From the sequence record OP589283.1: DNA of 64,000 nucleotides. One strand, written 5' to 3'. The position numbers were made by a program, and so were the translations under genes. Below, piece by piece: positions 47,323 through 57,651 of the stretch. The number at the start of each line of letters is the position of its first letter. Position 1 is the stretch's first letter. The notes under the pieces were generated by a model. That model saw nothing but the letters and a program-made list of their open reading frames with translations, was not told the DNA's origin and did no database searches.

Positions 47323-49332
47323 ATGTTTGAGGAATTAGCATTTTCATTACGGGAATTTGCCGAATTACCAGAAAGCAAAATTCTCCTCTGGCGAGGACTT
47401 CGATTACCTTGTCTAGTGACTGACGATGCGGGGGAAACACTTCACACCGACACATATGAAATGATGTTGAGTTGGTATGGTTTATCTGTCCACCGTGAAA
47501 TGGAAAAGATGCAATCATTCCCCTACTTAATCAATGAAATCATCCAATGTGAGTTTTACAATAACAATACTTTAAAGCAACCTATCGATAATTACTTAAA
47601 GCGGTTTATGCCGTTTAATCAACATCCTGTTATCGTAGACCGTATTAAGATTTTAGTTTGGGTTTGGCAAAACAAATTCAATAACTTCTTAACGGTCTTT
47701 ACGGAGCGGTATGCAATTAGCGCTAGGGCGGAAGATATTGTTGAGTTGGTGGATTCTGAATTTATTCAGGATTTACGTCAACGCATCATCTTTGGTGAAA
47801 TCACGATTAACGAAGGTGAAACAGAATTCAGCACTTGGATTCTGAAAGACGAAGAATACGAACATAACAACTTTGTTATGTTAAGTCGTGTTGGCGGTGT
47901 GTCTATTAACCAAGGGTATCAAACAATTGTGATGCGGGGCGCGGTGTTCGATTTGAATAACCGCATTTTACCTAATCCTATTTTTGATAGTTACTCAGAG
48001 GGTATCGTTGACCATGCCGATAGCTTAGGGGAAAGTCGGGGTTCTGGTAAAGCGCTGTTAAGTAACGGCGCTGCATTACAAAACTCTGAATGGTTCCACC
48101 GTAAAGGCCGTCTATTTGCTTCTGTGGTGCACGGTATTAGTCACGAACAAGATTGTGGTTCTACTGTATTAGTTCCGTTTAAAGTCACGTCGTATGACTT
48201 GTTATTGGCTTTACAAGGCAAGTACATTAAACTGAATCCCGAAGACGAGGTATTGACATTAGCAACACCTGAATACTTGAAGTCACTAACGTTACCTATT
48301 ACGTTATGGGCAAGAGATTCCGCGTTCTGTTTAAGTCATGACCCTGCTCAACCATGCCCAACGTGTTATGGTGCAATGGTAACGGGTATTCCGTATAACG
48401 TAATTACTAAGCGTTACGCTAACGTAGGGGGTTGGTCAGCAACAGCGATTATTAAAGATATCGGGCAAGGGTTATTATCAATTAAACACTTCTTGCGTAA
48501 CACTGTTACTGTGCCTTTTGTGGTAAACCCTCGTGATGTCAAAGTGATTTCGTCTAACAAGCATGAAATCTTTTTGAAGAAAGAGTTGGTGGACCCAGGT
48601 ACGGAACTCATTCTAGATGCTAAGTTGATTAAAGAGTTATCTGACATGCGTGGTTTAGATAGCTTAGAAAACGTAAGTGACGATAAACTCAGTTACTTCA
48701 CTGAAGTCACTTTACGTTACTTAATCGACGATCCAATGAATGACGGTAAAGCAGTGGTGCAACAACCTGTTAACGTCAGTGTGTCTAACCGTAAAGCGAT
48801 CATGACATCTGATATGTTGGACTATGTGTTGCGTGTAGGTTGGGAACAGCGTGATAAGAAATTCATTTCGGTGAGTTTATCGGAATGGAACTTCTTGTTA
48901 CCTATGTTCAAGTTAACGAACACTCATGAAGATTTGGACTATTTACGTAAAGAAGTCGAAAACTTTATGAAGTTCAGTAACCGAAACAGCAAGTGGTTAT
49001 CTCAACCTGTAACACCAGAGTTATTTGGTGAAACAGTGACCGAGCTTTGGAAGTTAATTAATACCAAGTTTAAAGGTCACAACATTATCCATACCAGCAC
49101 GTTGTTGTATTCGTTATTGTCTACTGACCCTGAAAATGGGTGTTACAGTATCATGAATGGTCACGGAACAAAATACTTCTCGAGTTATGAGCGTAATTTG
49201 TTTAACCGTGGTGCTGGCACAGCGTTCTTGTTTAATGACCCACAGAAACTGTTGAATACACCAGAGTGGTTCTTAGTTAAAGACCGTATGAATGGTCCTT
49301 CTGAAGCCTACTGGCAACATGCGGTAAGTTAA
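47323..49332 (+). CDS. non-virion RNAP beta'-like subunit (phiKZ gp74-like)
   Basis: QDCGS ... FCLS ... CPTCYG Zn site; follows the beta subunit. Confidence 0.85.
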   Translation: MFEELAFSLREFAELPESKILLWRGLRLPCLVTDDAGETLHTDTYEMMLSWYGLSVHREMEKMQSFPYLINEIIQCEFYNNNTLKQPIDNYLKRFMPFNQHPVIVDRIKILVWVWQNKFNNFLTVFTERYAISARAEDIVELVDSEFIQDLRQRIIFGEITINEGETEFSTWILKDEEYEHNNFVMLSRVGGVSINQGYQTIVMRGAVFDLNNRILPNPIFDSYSEGIVDHADSLGESRGSGKALLSNGAALQNSEWFHRKGRLFASVVHGISHEQDCGSTVLVPFKVTSYDLLLALQGKYIKLNPEDEVLTLATPEYLKSLTLPITLWARDSAFCLSHDPAQPCPTCYGAMVTGIPYNVITKRYANVGGWSATAIIKDIGQGLLSIKHFLRNTVTVPFVVNPRDVKVISSNKHEIFLKKELVDPGTELILDAKLIKELSDMRGLDSLENVSDDKLSYFTEVTLRYLIDDPMNDGKAVVQQPVNVSVSNRKAIMTSDMLDYVLRVGWEQRDKKFISVSLSEWNFLLPMFKLTNTHEDLDYLRKEVENFMKFSNRNSKWLSQPVTPELFGETVTELWKLINTKFKGHNIIHTSTLLYSLLSTDPENGCYSIMNGHGTKYFSSYERNLFNRGAGTAFLFNDPQKLLNTPEWFLVKDRMNGPSEAYWQHAVS

Positions 49333-49388
49333 TTATTTACATTGTAAACTGTTAGGGGTTGTTAACCCCTAACAGTAGGGAGCTTATA

Positions 49389-49952
49389 ATGCCTATTTTA
49401 CCAGATGAAGCGATTAAACTAAAACACGAAGAGTTTGATTTCTCTTCTTTGAGTGCTTTGATAGAGGATATCAGAGAAAAGCGTAAAAAGCTTTTAATCA
49501 AAAAATATATATTAGATAAAATAACCCAAATGGTCAATGAAGAACCAGACCATTGGGTTCTTGTTATCCGACTGCTTGGTGAAAATTCTTCAAATAAAGT
49601 GCAGGGAAGTATTAAAATTCTGCAAGAAGATTCCCCTTACGGTTTCGTTAATGTACACGTTAGCAAAGATGGTATTTTTGTTAATACCCCTTATGATAAC
49701 AGCACTCTCGTTTCTGAATTGCTAAAGAATAAAACCGTTGAAAAAATGGTTAAGAGTATTATGTTTCTTTACGGTGTTTTTATGGCGCTGAGTCTAAGTG
49801 TTGGTTGTAAGTTTATTTGTGATATTGACAATCACACAATCGACACAAAACCACTCACCGACCCTCAAGAAAATCCAATCGAAATCATCGGTGAGTCGTA
49901 TGGTGGTAAAGAACTACTTTACTACGTCATTAATGAAATCATTAAACCTTAA
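49389..49952 (+). CDS. hypothetical protein
   Basis: ORF 49359..49952; ATG 49389 with AGGGAG RBS. Confidence 0.65.
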   Translation: MPILPDEAIKLKHEEFDFSSLSALIEDIREKRKKLLIKKYILDKITQMVNEEPDHWVLVIRLLGENSSNKVQGSIKILQEDSPYGFVNVHVSKDGIFVNTPYDNSTLVSELLKNKTVEKMVKSIMFLYGVFMALSLSVGCKFICDIDNHTIDTKPLTDPQENPIEIIGESYGGKELLYYVINEIIKP

Positions 49953-50080
49953 GGTTTTTTGTACTACTTCAGAGTGAAATAAAACGGACGATAGCATTTT
50001 ATAGCTTATAGATACGTCTTATGGGTTATAAGCGCCGTCGTTTATTTTTATTTTTTGGATTAACCAAGGGTGGACAACGT

Positions 50081-52699
50081 ATGAAAAACTTTGTCACTAT
50101 ATCCAGAGCACACAACTATTTACGGTTATTTGATTATAACCAAGAATTTGTCGCAAAGGTTATAATGCCGTTTTGCCGTTTACACCTTTACAAGTATGTA
50201 CAAGAACCTGACCCCATTACCGGAGACCCCGTATGGAAGGTGGACAACGTATTTGCGAGGTTTAACAACGACAAAACAGAATTTAGAATTTCATCCGGAT
50301 TCTTAAGTACATTGGTTGACTTTATGGTCAAGCACAATTATCCCGATGAAGGTATCAACTTTATTACTGAACCAGAGATTGTTCCAGTTCCTGCTAAGTT
50401 TAAATTTAAGAAGGGTTGGGGAGAACCGAGAGAGAATCAAATAGACTATATCGCTTACCAGAATGCACCAGGCGCGTTAAAGGTCAATAATGCAAGCATG
50501 GGCGCAGGTAAAGCTCAAAGTTTAACCTCGTTACTTAAAATCCCTAATGGTTGGAAGAAAATGGGGGATATCAAGGTAGGAGATACGGTTATTGCAAAAG
50601 ACGGTTCTCATACCAAAGTCACAGGGGTATTTCCGCAGGGGGTTACTGAGTTATATCGTGTCACTATGGACGATGGGCGTGTCACAGAATGTAACCCGGA
50701 ACATCTTTGGGATGTTTACAACTGGGGTATTCTTCAATCCAGTAAAAACCCAGGAGATTACGAGAAACGTTGGGAGACGATTACCACTCGAGATATCGTT
50801 AACAAGATGAATACGCGTAAAAACTATAAAGCGTATATCCCCTTGTGTGAACCGGAGGATAGTCCTGATCATCCTTTCATTATACACCCTTACGTTATGG
50901 GAGTGTTGTTAGGGGACGGTGGTCTTTCATGTGGTCAGCCCACTGTAACCAAACCTTACCAACAAATCTTTGACAATATTGAAAAATTGTTACCTGACCA
51001 CTTAAAGTGTCAATGGATAAATGATTCTGAAAGAGGAAAACAGTTTACATTTAGTATCATTCGTAAAGAACGTGGTCAGGGTGTTATATTAAAAGAATTA
51101 TTAGAAGGGGAAGGTGTTTGGGGGAAACGTTCTTGGGAGAAAGGGATACCGGTTGATTATTTATTAAAAGCCAGTAAACAACAACGTTTAGATTTATTAA
51201 ACGGATTACTAGATACTGATGGGTGTATAAGTGATAAGGGTACTCCTTCTTTTAGTTCTAGTTCTAAACAACTTTCCTTAGGGGTTCAATACTTAGTACG
51301 GAGTTTAGGAGGTATCGCCAAACTTACCACTCGAACTCCCCATTACACTTACAAAGGAGAAAAGAAATCAGGAAGAACGGATTATCGAGTATTCATTCGA
51401 TATCCTCGACCTGAGGAGTTGTTTACGTTAACTCATAAAAAAGAACGTTGCCGTGTCACGCAATATTCCAAAACATTAAAGTTAGGAATTAAATCTATCG
51501 AAAAAATAGAGAATGCAAAGACTCAGTGTATTATGATAGACCATCCAAGTCATTTATACGTGACTGATGATTTCATCGTAACACACAATACGTTCATGGC
51601 GATGAGTACCATTATACACCATCAAGTTAGAACACTGGTTATTGTGCAACCAAAGTACATACCGGTTTGGATTAAAGCTTTTGGTGAACAATTGGATTTC
51701 GGATTAGAAGATATTCTAATTCTGGATAATGGAAACATCGAGGAACTCCATACATCGTTTTTAAATAAAGTAATAGACCCAGGTATTGTTGTTATCCCAA
51801 TGACCCGCATTCAAATGTATTTAAAGAAAATGAAGGAGGATAGTTCTCTTCCTTCGTTGGACAAAATCTTTTCTGATTTTGGATTTGGTCTAAGACTTTA
51901 TGATGAAGCACATGAAGCGTTTCATCAAATCTACACCAGTATGTTGTTTGGTAATGTTGCTAAAACACTAATGTTGTCGGCTACTATGAAGTCAGACGAT
52001 AAATTTACCAACAACATGTACAACATCGTTATCCCACCTGATATTTATCTGAAAGCAACGGAACATAAACAATACATCGAGACTTATGCTTACCACTATC
52101 GAATAGACCAACGTCGGTTCTTTATTGGACATAAGAGTATGGGTAATTATAGTGACGTTATGTTCGAAAAGAATATGATGCGTAACAAAATTACTCAGAA
52201 ATTTTACTTGGATATGATGTACAAATCTTTTGAGGAATATTACTTATCTCGTCGGAAAGAAGGTACTAAGTGTATTATCTTCTTTACTAAGACTGATACG
52301 GTCGAACGGTTTAAGAACTACTTGTTAAAGAAACATCCTGATTTAGATGTAATTGACTTTACAGGGTTGATTACAAAGAAAAAGGAAATGAAGAATGAGT
52401 ATCTTAAACACGAGGTGGTGATTACTACTCCGGGTAGTTGTGGTACAGGTAAAGATATACCGGGATTGATTACGGTGTTGTGCAGTCACAATGTGAGTAG
52501 CATTCAACGTAATGACCAAATCATTGGACGGTTACGTCCAACTGAAGGAAAGTTTGATCCCTACTTACCACCAATATTTGTTTATTTCGTTTGCGACGAT
52601 ATTCCTAAACATAGAGAGTATCATGATAAACGTAAAACATTATTCCACAGTAAAAGTGTTTTACAAAAGAATATCGACAGTCACTGTCATCTTAATTAA
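50081..52699 (+). CDS. SF2 DEAH helicase (phiKZ gp75-like) containing an intein
   Basis: split Walker A MGAGK|T, LYDEAH, LSAT, TGKDIPGL, QIIGRLR; about 513 aa after splicing. Confidence 0.88.
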   Translation: MKNFVTISRAHNYLRLFDYNQEFVAKVIMPFCRLHLYKYVQEPDPITGDPVWKVDNVFARFNNDKTEFRISSGFLSTLVDFMVKHNYPDEGINFITEPEIVPVPAKFKFKKGWGEPRENQIDYIAYQNAPGALKVNNASMGAGKAQSLTSLLKIPNGWKKMGDIKVGDTVIAKDGSHTKVTGVFPQGVTELYRVTMDDGRVTECNPEHLWDVYNWGILQSSKNPGDYEKRWETITTRDIVNKMNTRKNYKAYIPLCEPEDSPDHPFIIHPYVMGVLLGDGGLSCGQPTVTKPYQQIFDNIEKLLPDHLKCQWINDSERGKQFTFSIIRKERGQGVILKELLEGEGVWGKRSWEKGIPVDYLLKASKQQRLDLLNGLLDTDGCISDKGTPSFSSSSKQLSLGVQYLVRSLGGIAKLTTRTPHYTYKGEKKSGRTDYRVFIRYPRPEELFTLTHKKERCRVTQYSKTLKLGIKSIEKIENAKTQCIMIDHPSHLYVTDDFIVTHNTFMAMSTIIHHQVRTLVIVQPKYIPVWIKAFGEQLDFGLEDILILDNGNIEELHTSFLNKVIDPGIVVIPMTRIQMYLKKMKEDSSLPSLDKIFSDFGFGLRLYDEAHEAFHQIYTSMLFGNVAKTLMLSATMKSDDKFTNNMYNIVIPPDIYLKATEHKQYIETYAYHYRIDQRRFFIGHKSMGNYSDVMFEKNMMRNKITQKFYLDMMYKSFEEYYLSRRKEGTKCIIFFTKTDTVERFKNYLLKKHPDLDVIDFTGLITKKKEMKNEYLKHEVVITTPGSCGTGKDIPGLITVLCSHNVSSIQRNDQIIGRLRPTEGKFDPYLPPIFVYFVCDDIPKHREYHDKRKTLFHSKSVLQKNIDSHCHLN
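50513..51589 (+). mobile_element. intein with LAGLIDADG homing endonuclease, 359 aa, Ala-start (class 3-type)
   Basis: N-term AQSLTSLLKIPNGWKKMGDI; EHLW; VLLGDG and GLLDTDG; TQCI; ends VTHN followed by T. Confidence 0.88.
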
Positions 52700-52701
52700 C
52701 C

Positions 52702-52737
52702 TAATACCCCTTAAGGAGCAATCCTTAAGGGGTATTA
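52702..52737 (+). terminator. intrinsic terminator
   Basis: 16-bp stem with GCAA loop. Confidence 0.75.
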
Positions 52738-52758
52738 TAATTTATAATAGGTGAAAAT

Positions 52759-53304
52759 ATGAAGGATTTAAACGAGGTCATATATCTTGGCGAAAATGAA
52801 AGACAGCGTTATTTCAAGAAATATTTTGATGAAGTTTATAAAGAAATAAAAGACACGTTCAAACGTTTTCATCGTTATGACGGGTTGTGTGAAATAGGGG
52901 AACTTTTATTAAAATTTAAAATCGACGACATGGCATTTTGTAATAATACAAATCTCTATCACACGTTGTTGATAATTAAAAAAGAAATTGGCCCTTTGTG
53001 CAAAAATATGTTACACACTCTTAAGTATGTATCACAACCCACAAAAGAAAAAACAACTAACTTAATTTTAGCATACGACCAATTAATATCTAAAATAGAC
53101 GCATCGGAATATAAAGAAGAGTACGATTGGTATTTTTGCTATCTAATCTTGTGTCTTTTAAAATCTGTTGTTTATTTATTGGATTTACGCATCATTATTT
53201 ATAATGAACTATACAAAATTAAAACGATGAATCCCTTTGTTGTATACAAACTAGGTAAGTTGATGCGGTCGCTTTTCATTAGAAAAACAATCTGGTATTT
53301 ATAA
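52759..53304 (+). CDS. helical hypothetical protein, paralog family A
   Basis: aligns by eye with 53324..53839. Confidence 0.65.
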   Translation: MKDLNEVIYLGENERQRYFKKYFDEVYKEIKDTFKRFHRYDGLCEIGELLLKFKIDDMAFCNNTNLYHTLLIIKKEIGPLCKNMLHTLKYVSQPTKEKTTNLILAYDQLISKIDASEYKEEYDWYFCYLILCLLKSVVYLLDLRIIIYNELYKIKTMNPFVVYKLGKLMRSLFIRKTIWYL

Positions 53305-53323
53305 TAAATTAGGCGAGGAAAGT

Positions 53324-53839
53324 ATGAAAGGACTAAAGTATTTAGAAATATTAAGCGAAGAAAGACGATTAGACCATTTCAAAAGGCGTTTCAGTAATAC
53401 AGTAAATTCTTTAGAAACAGCAACCACATCAAAAGAACATAACAACGTTTTGATGAAAAAGTTATTTTCAATATTAACTAATAACAATAAGTTATCTGAC
53501 AGAACAGCGGTGTTGATGTTAATATCAACAACAAAAGAAGTTGGGGATGGGTTATGTAAACAACTTCTCAATACATTTGAATACATAAGGTCTGAGCCTT
53601 CCAAACGAACCCTGTTGATGGGTATCGAACTATATGCTAAACAAATCGATTTAATAAAAGATATGAAAAGCAAAGAGGCTGAAAATTGGCATTTTACTCA
53701 CTTCTTTTTACTCATATTGGAAACGTTAGTGTGGTTACTTAGCGTGCGTAATGAAATTGTTTGTGAGGTTAATCGATACAAAGGAAGTTTATTTAAACAA
53801 TTTAAACTTAAAAGGTTACGAAAGAAGCTATATATTTAG
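53324..53839 (+). CDS. helical hypothetical protein, paralog family A
   Basis: GAGG RBS; aligns with 52759..53304. Confidence 0.65.
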   Translation: MKGLKYLEILSEERRLDHFKRRFSNTVNSLETATTSKEHNNVLMKKLFSILTNNNKLSDRTAVLMLISTTKEVGDGLCKQLLNTFEYIRSEPSKRTLLMGIELYAKQIDLIKDMKSKEAENWHFTHFFLLILETLVWLLSVRNEIVCEVNRYKGSLFKQFKLKRLRKKLYI

Positions 53840-53882
53840 TAATGTTTTAAACAAAACACGCAGGTTATATTTTGTTTAAGTT

Positions 53883-53891
53883 CTATATTAC
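53883..53891 (+). promoter_or_regulatory. early promoter core CTATATTAC
   Basis: consensus match. Confidence 0.7.
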
Positions 53892-53949
53892 TTAAGTGAG
53901 AAAGTAATACGCTTTAGTAAGTTATTTAATAAATTTAAGAGAGTTTACC

Positions 53950-54357
53950 ATGAACATTAATAAGCAAGGCGTTTGTGCGTTTATTGTTAACAGTAAAAAT
54001 GAAGTATTAATGTTAGACCACGTCAAGCACGACAAGTTAGCATTGCCTGGCGGTAAAGTTGACCCGGGTGAAGATGCTGTTTTTGCTATTGCTCGGGAGT
54101 TGTACGAAGAAGTAGGGATTCAAAACTTCACATTAGGTGACCACCATGTTGTGTTGGATGACGTGACTGGTGTGTTGTTTCACATTTTTGTTGTCATGAC
54201 AAAAGACACCCCCTTTAATAAAGAACCAAAGAAACATCGTGCAATGCTTTGGGTCGACTCCCGTCCTGAAAACTTTAAAGGTAATATTAACCGTATCACC
54301 TTTACCGCGTTAAAGAAAATCGGATACGATGTAGGAACTGACGAATACATCGATTAA
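53950..54357 (+). CDS. NUDIX hydrolase
   Basis: Nudix box LPGGKVDPGEDAVFAIARELYEEVG. Confidence 0.9.
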   Translation: MNINKQGVCAFIVNSKNEVLMLDHVKHDKLALPGGKVDPGEDAVFAIARELYEEVGIQNFTLGDHHVVLDDVTGVLFHIFVVMTKDTPFNKEPKKHRAMLWVDSRPENFKGNINRITFTALKKIGYDVGTDEYID

Positions 54358-54378
54358 GTATTTAATCTGTGTGGATAA

Positions 54379-54404
54379 ACTTGAGAAGCCAAGGCTTCTC
54401 AAGT
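54379..54404 (+). terminator. intrinsic terminator
   Basis: ACTTGAGAAGCC / GGCTTCTCAAGT. Confidence 0.65.
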
Positions 54405-54424
54405 ATTTATAATTAAAAAGGAAC

Positions 54425-54925
54425 ATGCTCGTGAAAAATGCTAATCGCTACGCTAAAAAATTATTAATCTCCATTGGCAAACTAAGTGCTGCTATGGCCA
54501 GTGAAGTGTTCAAACGACATAGCGTCGACAAAAACTATTTAGAGTTTTATTCCAAAAAAGATGCCAATTGGCTAATGAATGAATTAGGCATGGTCAATAA
54601 GTTAGTTGATGGTGTTCATAATACGTGTACTTCTCGTTTGATGGCAAGTGAGTATTTTCGTTTATACGTTACTAAACATTACAAGTTTGGTAAAATTACG
54701 CCGGGTGACCGTGTGGGCACCTTCTTGGATACCGAAAAGATAATCTCGACTTACATTCTTGGTGGAAAGGATATTAAAACAAATAAAAACACCCTACAAG
54801 AAAATCAACGTCGTGTGATTAGACGTATTTCTGAATTAGAAAAAGCGGGTAGTGTTTTAGATATACGGGCTTCAATCAAACACAGTGAGGTTTTTATCAC
54901 TGTTTATCTTAACCCAAACAAATGA
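54425..54925 (+). CDS. hypothetical protein
   Basis: 166 aa, AAGGA RBS. Confidence 0.65.
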   Translation: MLVKNANRYAKKLLISIGKLSAAMASEVFKRHSVDKNYLEFYSKKDANWLMNELGMVNKLVDGVHNTCTSRLMASEYFRLYVTKHYKFGKITPGDRVGTFLDTEKIISTYILGGKDIKTNKNTLQENQRRVIRRISELEKAGSVLDIRASIKHSEVFITVYLNPNK

Positions 54926-54932
54926 GGTTAAT

Positions 54933-55595
54933 ATGAAAAAGTTTATTGCGTTTGCAAGTTGTTATCCAAGTAGACGACACATCCTTTCAAATCCTCTTAA
55001 CTCGCTATTTGAAGAAATCCCTCACTATCGCATGTACAACAGCCAAGAAGAATTCACTGCGGCTGAACGTGCTTTATTACTCGAGCGGTTAGCACCATCG
55101 ACTCATAAAGGTTATGTGTGTCTTTATGAGATTAAACAGTTAAGTGATAGTGACCTAGAATTAACGTTAATTCAAACTGTTGAATATGAAATTGCTACTT
55201 CTCAACGTTATTTAGTGTTGACTGAAAAAGAAAAAACCACTCTCGATTTATTAATCGATTTAAAAGATCGAATTGACAAAGCTTCGAGTTGCTTAGAACC
55301 TCTGTTGTTAGATAGCAAAACACATACTCGGACTGAAGGTCGATTAGAACGATTTGTTGTTGTATTCACAGAGTACTTCTATTTAAGAGACGATGAAAAA
55401 GTCAAATCAAGTACTTATGATTCAGTTATTAATCGTAAAATCTTTTCTCGTTCCGATAAGAACGAGCTAGTCGGTGAACCAACTAAATTGATGCAGTGGA
55501 AAATGCTTGACCCTAAAGTTAAGATTATGTTTTCTATTCAGGAATCCCCTGTTGTCACTCACACGACCCCTTTGCCAGAACTAAGAGAAGATTAA
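54933..55595 (+). CDS. hypothetical protein
   Basis: ORF 54885..55595; ATG 54933 with GAGG RBS. Confidence 0.65.
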   Translation: MKKFIAFASCYPSRRHILSNPLNSLFEEIPHYRMYNSQEEFTAAERALLLERLAPSTHKGYVCLYEIKQLSDSDLELTLIQTVEYEIATSQRYLVLTEKEKTTLDLLIDLKDRIDKASSCLEPLLLDSKTHTRTEGRLERFVVVFTEYFYLRDDEKVKSSTYDSVINRKIFSRSDKNELVGEPTKLMQWKMLDPKVKIMFSIQESPVVTHTTPLPELRED

Positions 55596-55596
55596 C

Positions 55597-56139
55597 ATGT
55601 GTGAAAAAACGATTAAACCGGTAGATATGTTTTACTATAATGAGCACTATAAAAAAGTGTTCTTGTTAAATTTAAAGGCGTTTAATCGGGAGTGTTTGCC
55701 AGTAGAGTGTTATTCCGAAACCGCAAAACAACTGGCAAAGATTCTACCAAACAGTCAATCGGAAATTGATACTAAACAAATCATTCTTTCTGTTGATTGT
55801 TTATTAATCGAAATCCATCAAGTGATTGATGGATTAAAAGACACATGTCGATTTTTACAAGAGTATGCAACAAACGACATCACTATCGTGAGATGTTCCA
55901 CTGTTGGGCCGATGATAAAGTATTTAGCCAAACAAATTTTTGAATTTAATAATCAGATTCAAGAAGAAGGCAAAATTGAGTATTGTCACTCCATCTTGGA
56001 ATGTTTACGTGCATTAATTGTACAACGCGATACGTTATCGAGGGAGTTAAACACACTCCCATTCTTAACCCGAGTATTCCACCATAAATACATTGATGTG
56101 TTGAAGCACAGTATGTGTTTTGGTGGAAGTTATAAATAG
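55597..56139 (+). CDS. hypothetical protein, possible distant member of family A
   Basis: 180 aa, similar helical pattern. Confidence 0.6.
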   Translation: MCEKTIKPVDMFYYNEHYKKVFLLNLKAFNRECLPVECYSETAKQLAKILPNSQSEIDTKQIILSVDCLLIEIHQVIDGLKDTCRFLQEYATNDITIVRCSTVGPMIKYLAKQIFEFNNQIQEEGKIEYCHSILECLRALIVQRDTLSRELNTLPFLTRVFHHKYIDVLKHSMCFGGSYK

Positions 56140-56155
56140 TGATAAAGAGGTCTTT

Positions 56156-56683
56156 ATGAGACAAGTGGATGTTAATGAGTTGTACTTGCTGCTTATTGAC
56201 CTCGATGTCGAGGTTGCTGAACGTGTAATAGAAAAGTTTGGATTTAAAGACCCCAAACTACTTTACACAGATTTATTCACGCTTCCACATGTTGAATTAA
56301 ATCGGTTAAACACATTGGTGCGGTGTTACCAGCAAGAAGACTTGCTGAGAAGCTCTAAAACCACGTACAACGATATTTATAACTGTTGTATAGTAAACAC
56401 CCATTCATTGGTTGGTCTTTATACAACCTCTCTGGATTCGTTTGATAAACGTTTAATGTTTTACGACACAGTAAGCCAAATCAATTCAAAGTTGTTTGAA
56501 GGGTTTAGTGTTAAAAACGTTATCGATTCTACCCCAGATGATTTTAAAGCAGTAGTCCCGGTATTAGTGAGTTTATATAACTCACATGATGCCATTTTAG
56601 TTTACCCCGCAATAGAAAAGACACAAGGGTGTCTTTCTTATTACTCAATTGAAAATAACCTCATTGGGGTTTATTTCGAATAA
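56156..56683 (+). CDS. hypothetical protein
   Basis: ORF 56120..56683; ATG 56156 with GAGG RBS. Confidence 0.65.
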   Translation: MRQVDVNELYLLLIDLDVEVAERVIEKFGFKDPKLLYTDLFTLPHVELNRLNTLVRCYQQEDLLRSSKTTYNDIYNCCIVNTHSLVGLYTTSLDSFDKRLMFYDTVSQINSKLFEGFSVKNVIDSTPDDFKAVVPVLVSLYNSHDAILVYPAIEKTQGCLSYYSIENNLIGVYFE

Positions 56684-56701
56684 CACTATCAGGAGCAAGA
56701 C

Positions 56702-57067
56702 ATGAAATTTATCGCCGTTGAAAACGAAAAAGTAACTGCACCAGTATTAACGTTCCCTAAAGGTACTGTGGTATACTCAACGTTTGCTAAACTGCAAGAA
56801 GCAGTTGCTAAGAAATACCCTGGTGTGGATGACGATAACTTTACTGTTTATCATTGTAAAGATGAGGACACCAAATTCTTTTGTGGTGTCCGTTTCACCA
56901 AACACGACACTGAATTCTACATCGGATTGCCAAAAGAAATGGAAGCCACCGCTGAAGTTAAAGTTGAAGTCGTTAAAAAGCGTTCCAACAAAAACAAATC
57001 AGAAAAGGTGAAAACCTTTGACAGTGAAATGTTTAAAGAACTCATGGAACGTGCTAGAGCGGAGTAA
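56702..57067 (+). CDS. hypothetical protein
   Basis: 121 aa, AGGAG RBS, high-expression codon usage. Confidence 0.7.
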   Translation: MKFIAVENEKVTAPVLTFPKGTVVYSTFAKLQEAVAKKYPGVDDDNFTVYHCKDEDTKFFCGVRFTKHDTEFYIGLPKEMEATAEVKVEVVKKRSNKNKSEKVKTFDSEMFKELMERARAE

Positions 57068-57072
57068 TTAGC

Positions 57073-57651
57073 ATGGCAGAAAGCACTACTGTAGCGACTG
57101 CAGCGGAAGACAAGAATAAAGCATTGCGAGTTGTTGCAGCCAGACAACTCCTTTGTTTAATCCTCCGTCTCCCCAGACCGGCCGCTCAAAGCACCTTTGA
57201 TAAATTGGGTGCGGGTAAACACCCACTGGACACATTCTTGAAGTTGGATTACAACACATTGTGTAAACATATTGTTGCCACACGGAAACGAGTGTATGAC
57301 CTTAATAAACACCTTCCGGCTTACAAAAGAGAGTTACCACATAAATTATTGGAACATTACGATTTATGTGTGCCGTTGAATAAAGCATTAACACCCAACT
57401 CTCAATGGCGGTCGTTAGAGTCCGAAACACGCATTCTCCTGCGTGTTATTGAGAAGACCGGACGTTTCCCTACCAAACATCGTTTAAGTGCAATACAAAG
57501 CGATTTAGAAGGTAAATTGATTTTGGACGTTTTAGTGTCGGTTAGAACTGACCATATTTTGTTGAAAGTATTTACTGCAAAAAATATGAAACACCCGATG
57601 TTTAAAATCAGTAATAAGGAAAAAGATCATGCCGTATGTGTTAATGGATGA
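57073..57651 (+). CDS. basic hypothetical protein
   Basis: 192 aa, GGAG RBS. Confidence 0.65.
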   Translation: MAESTTVATAAEDKNKALRVVAARQLLCLILRLPRPAAQSTFDKLGAGKHPLDTFLKLDYNTLCKHIVATRKRVYDLNKHLPAYKRELPHKLLEHYDLCVPLNKALTPNSQWRSLESETRILLRVIEKTGRFPTKHRLSAIQSDLEGKLILDVLVSVRTDHILLKVFTAKNMKHPMFKISNKEKDHAVCVNG

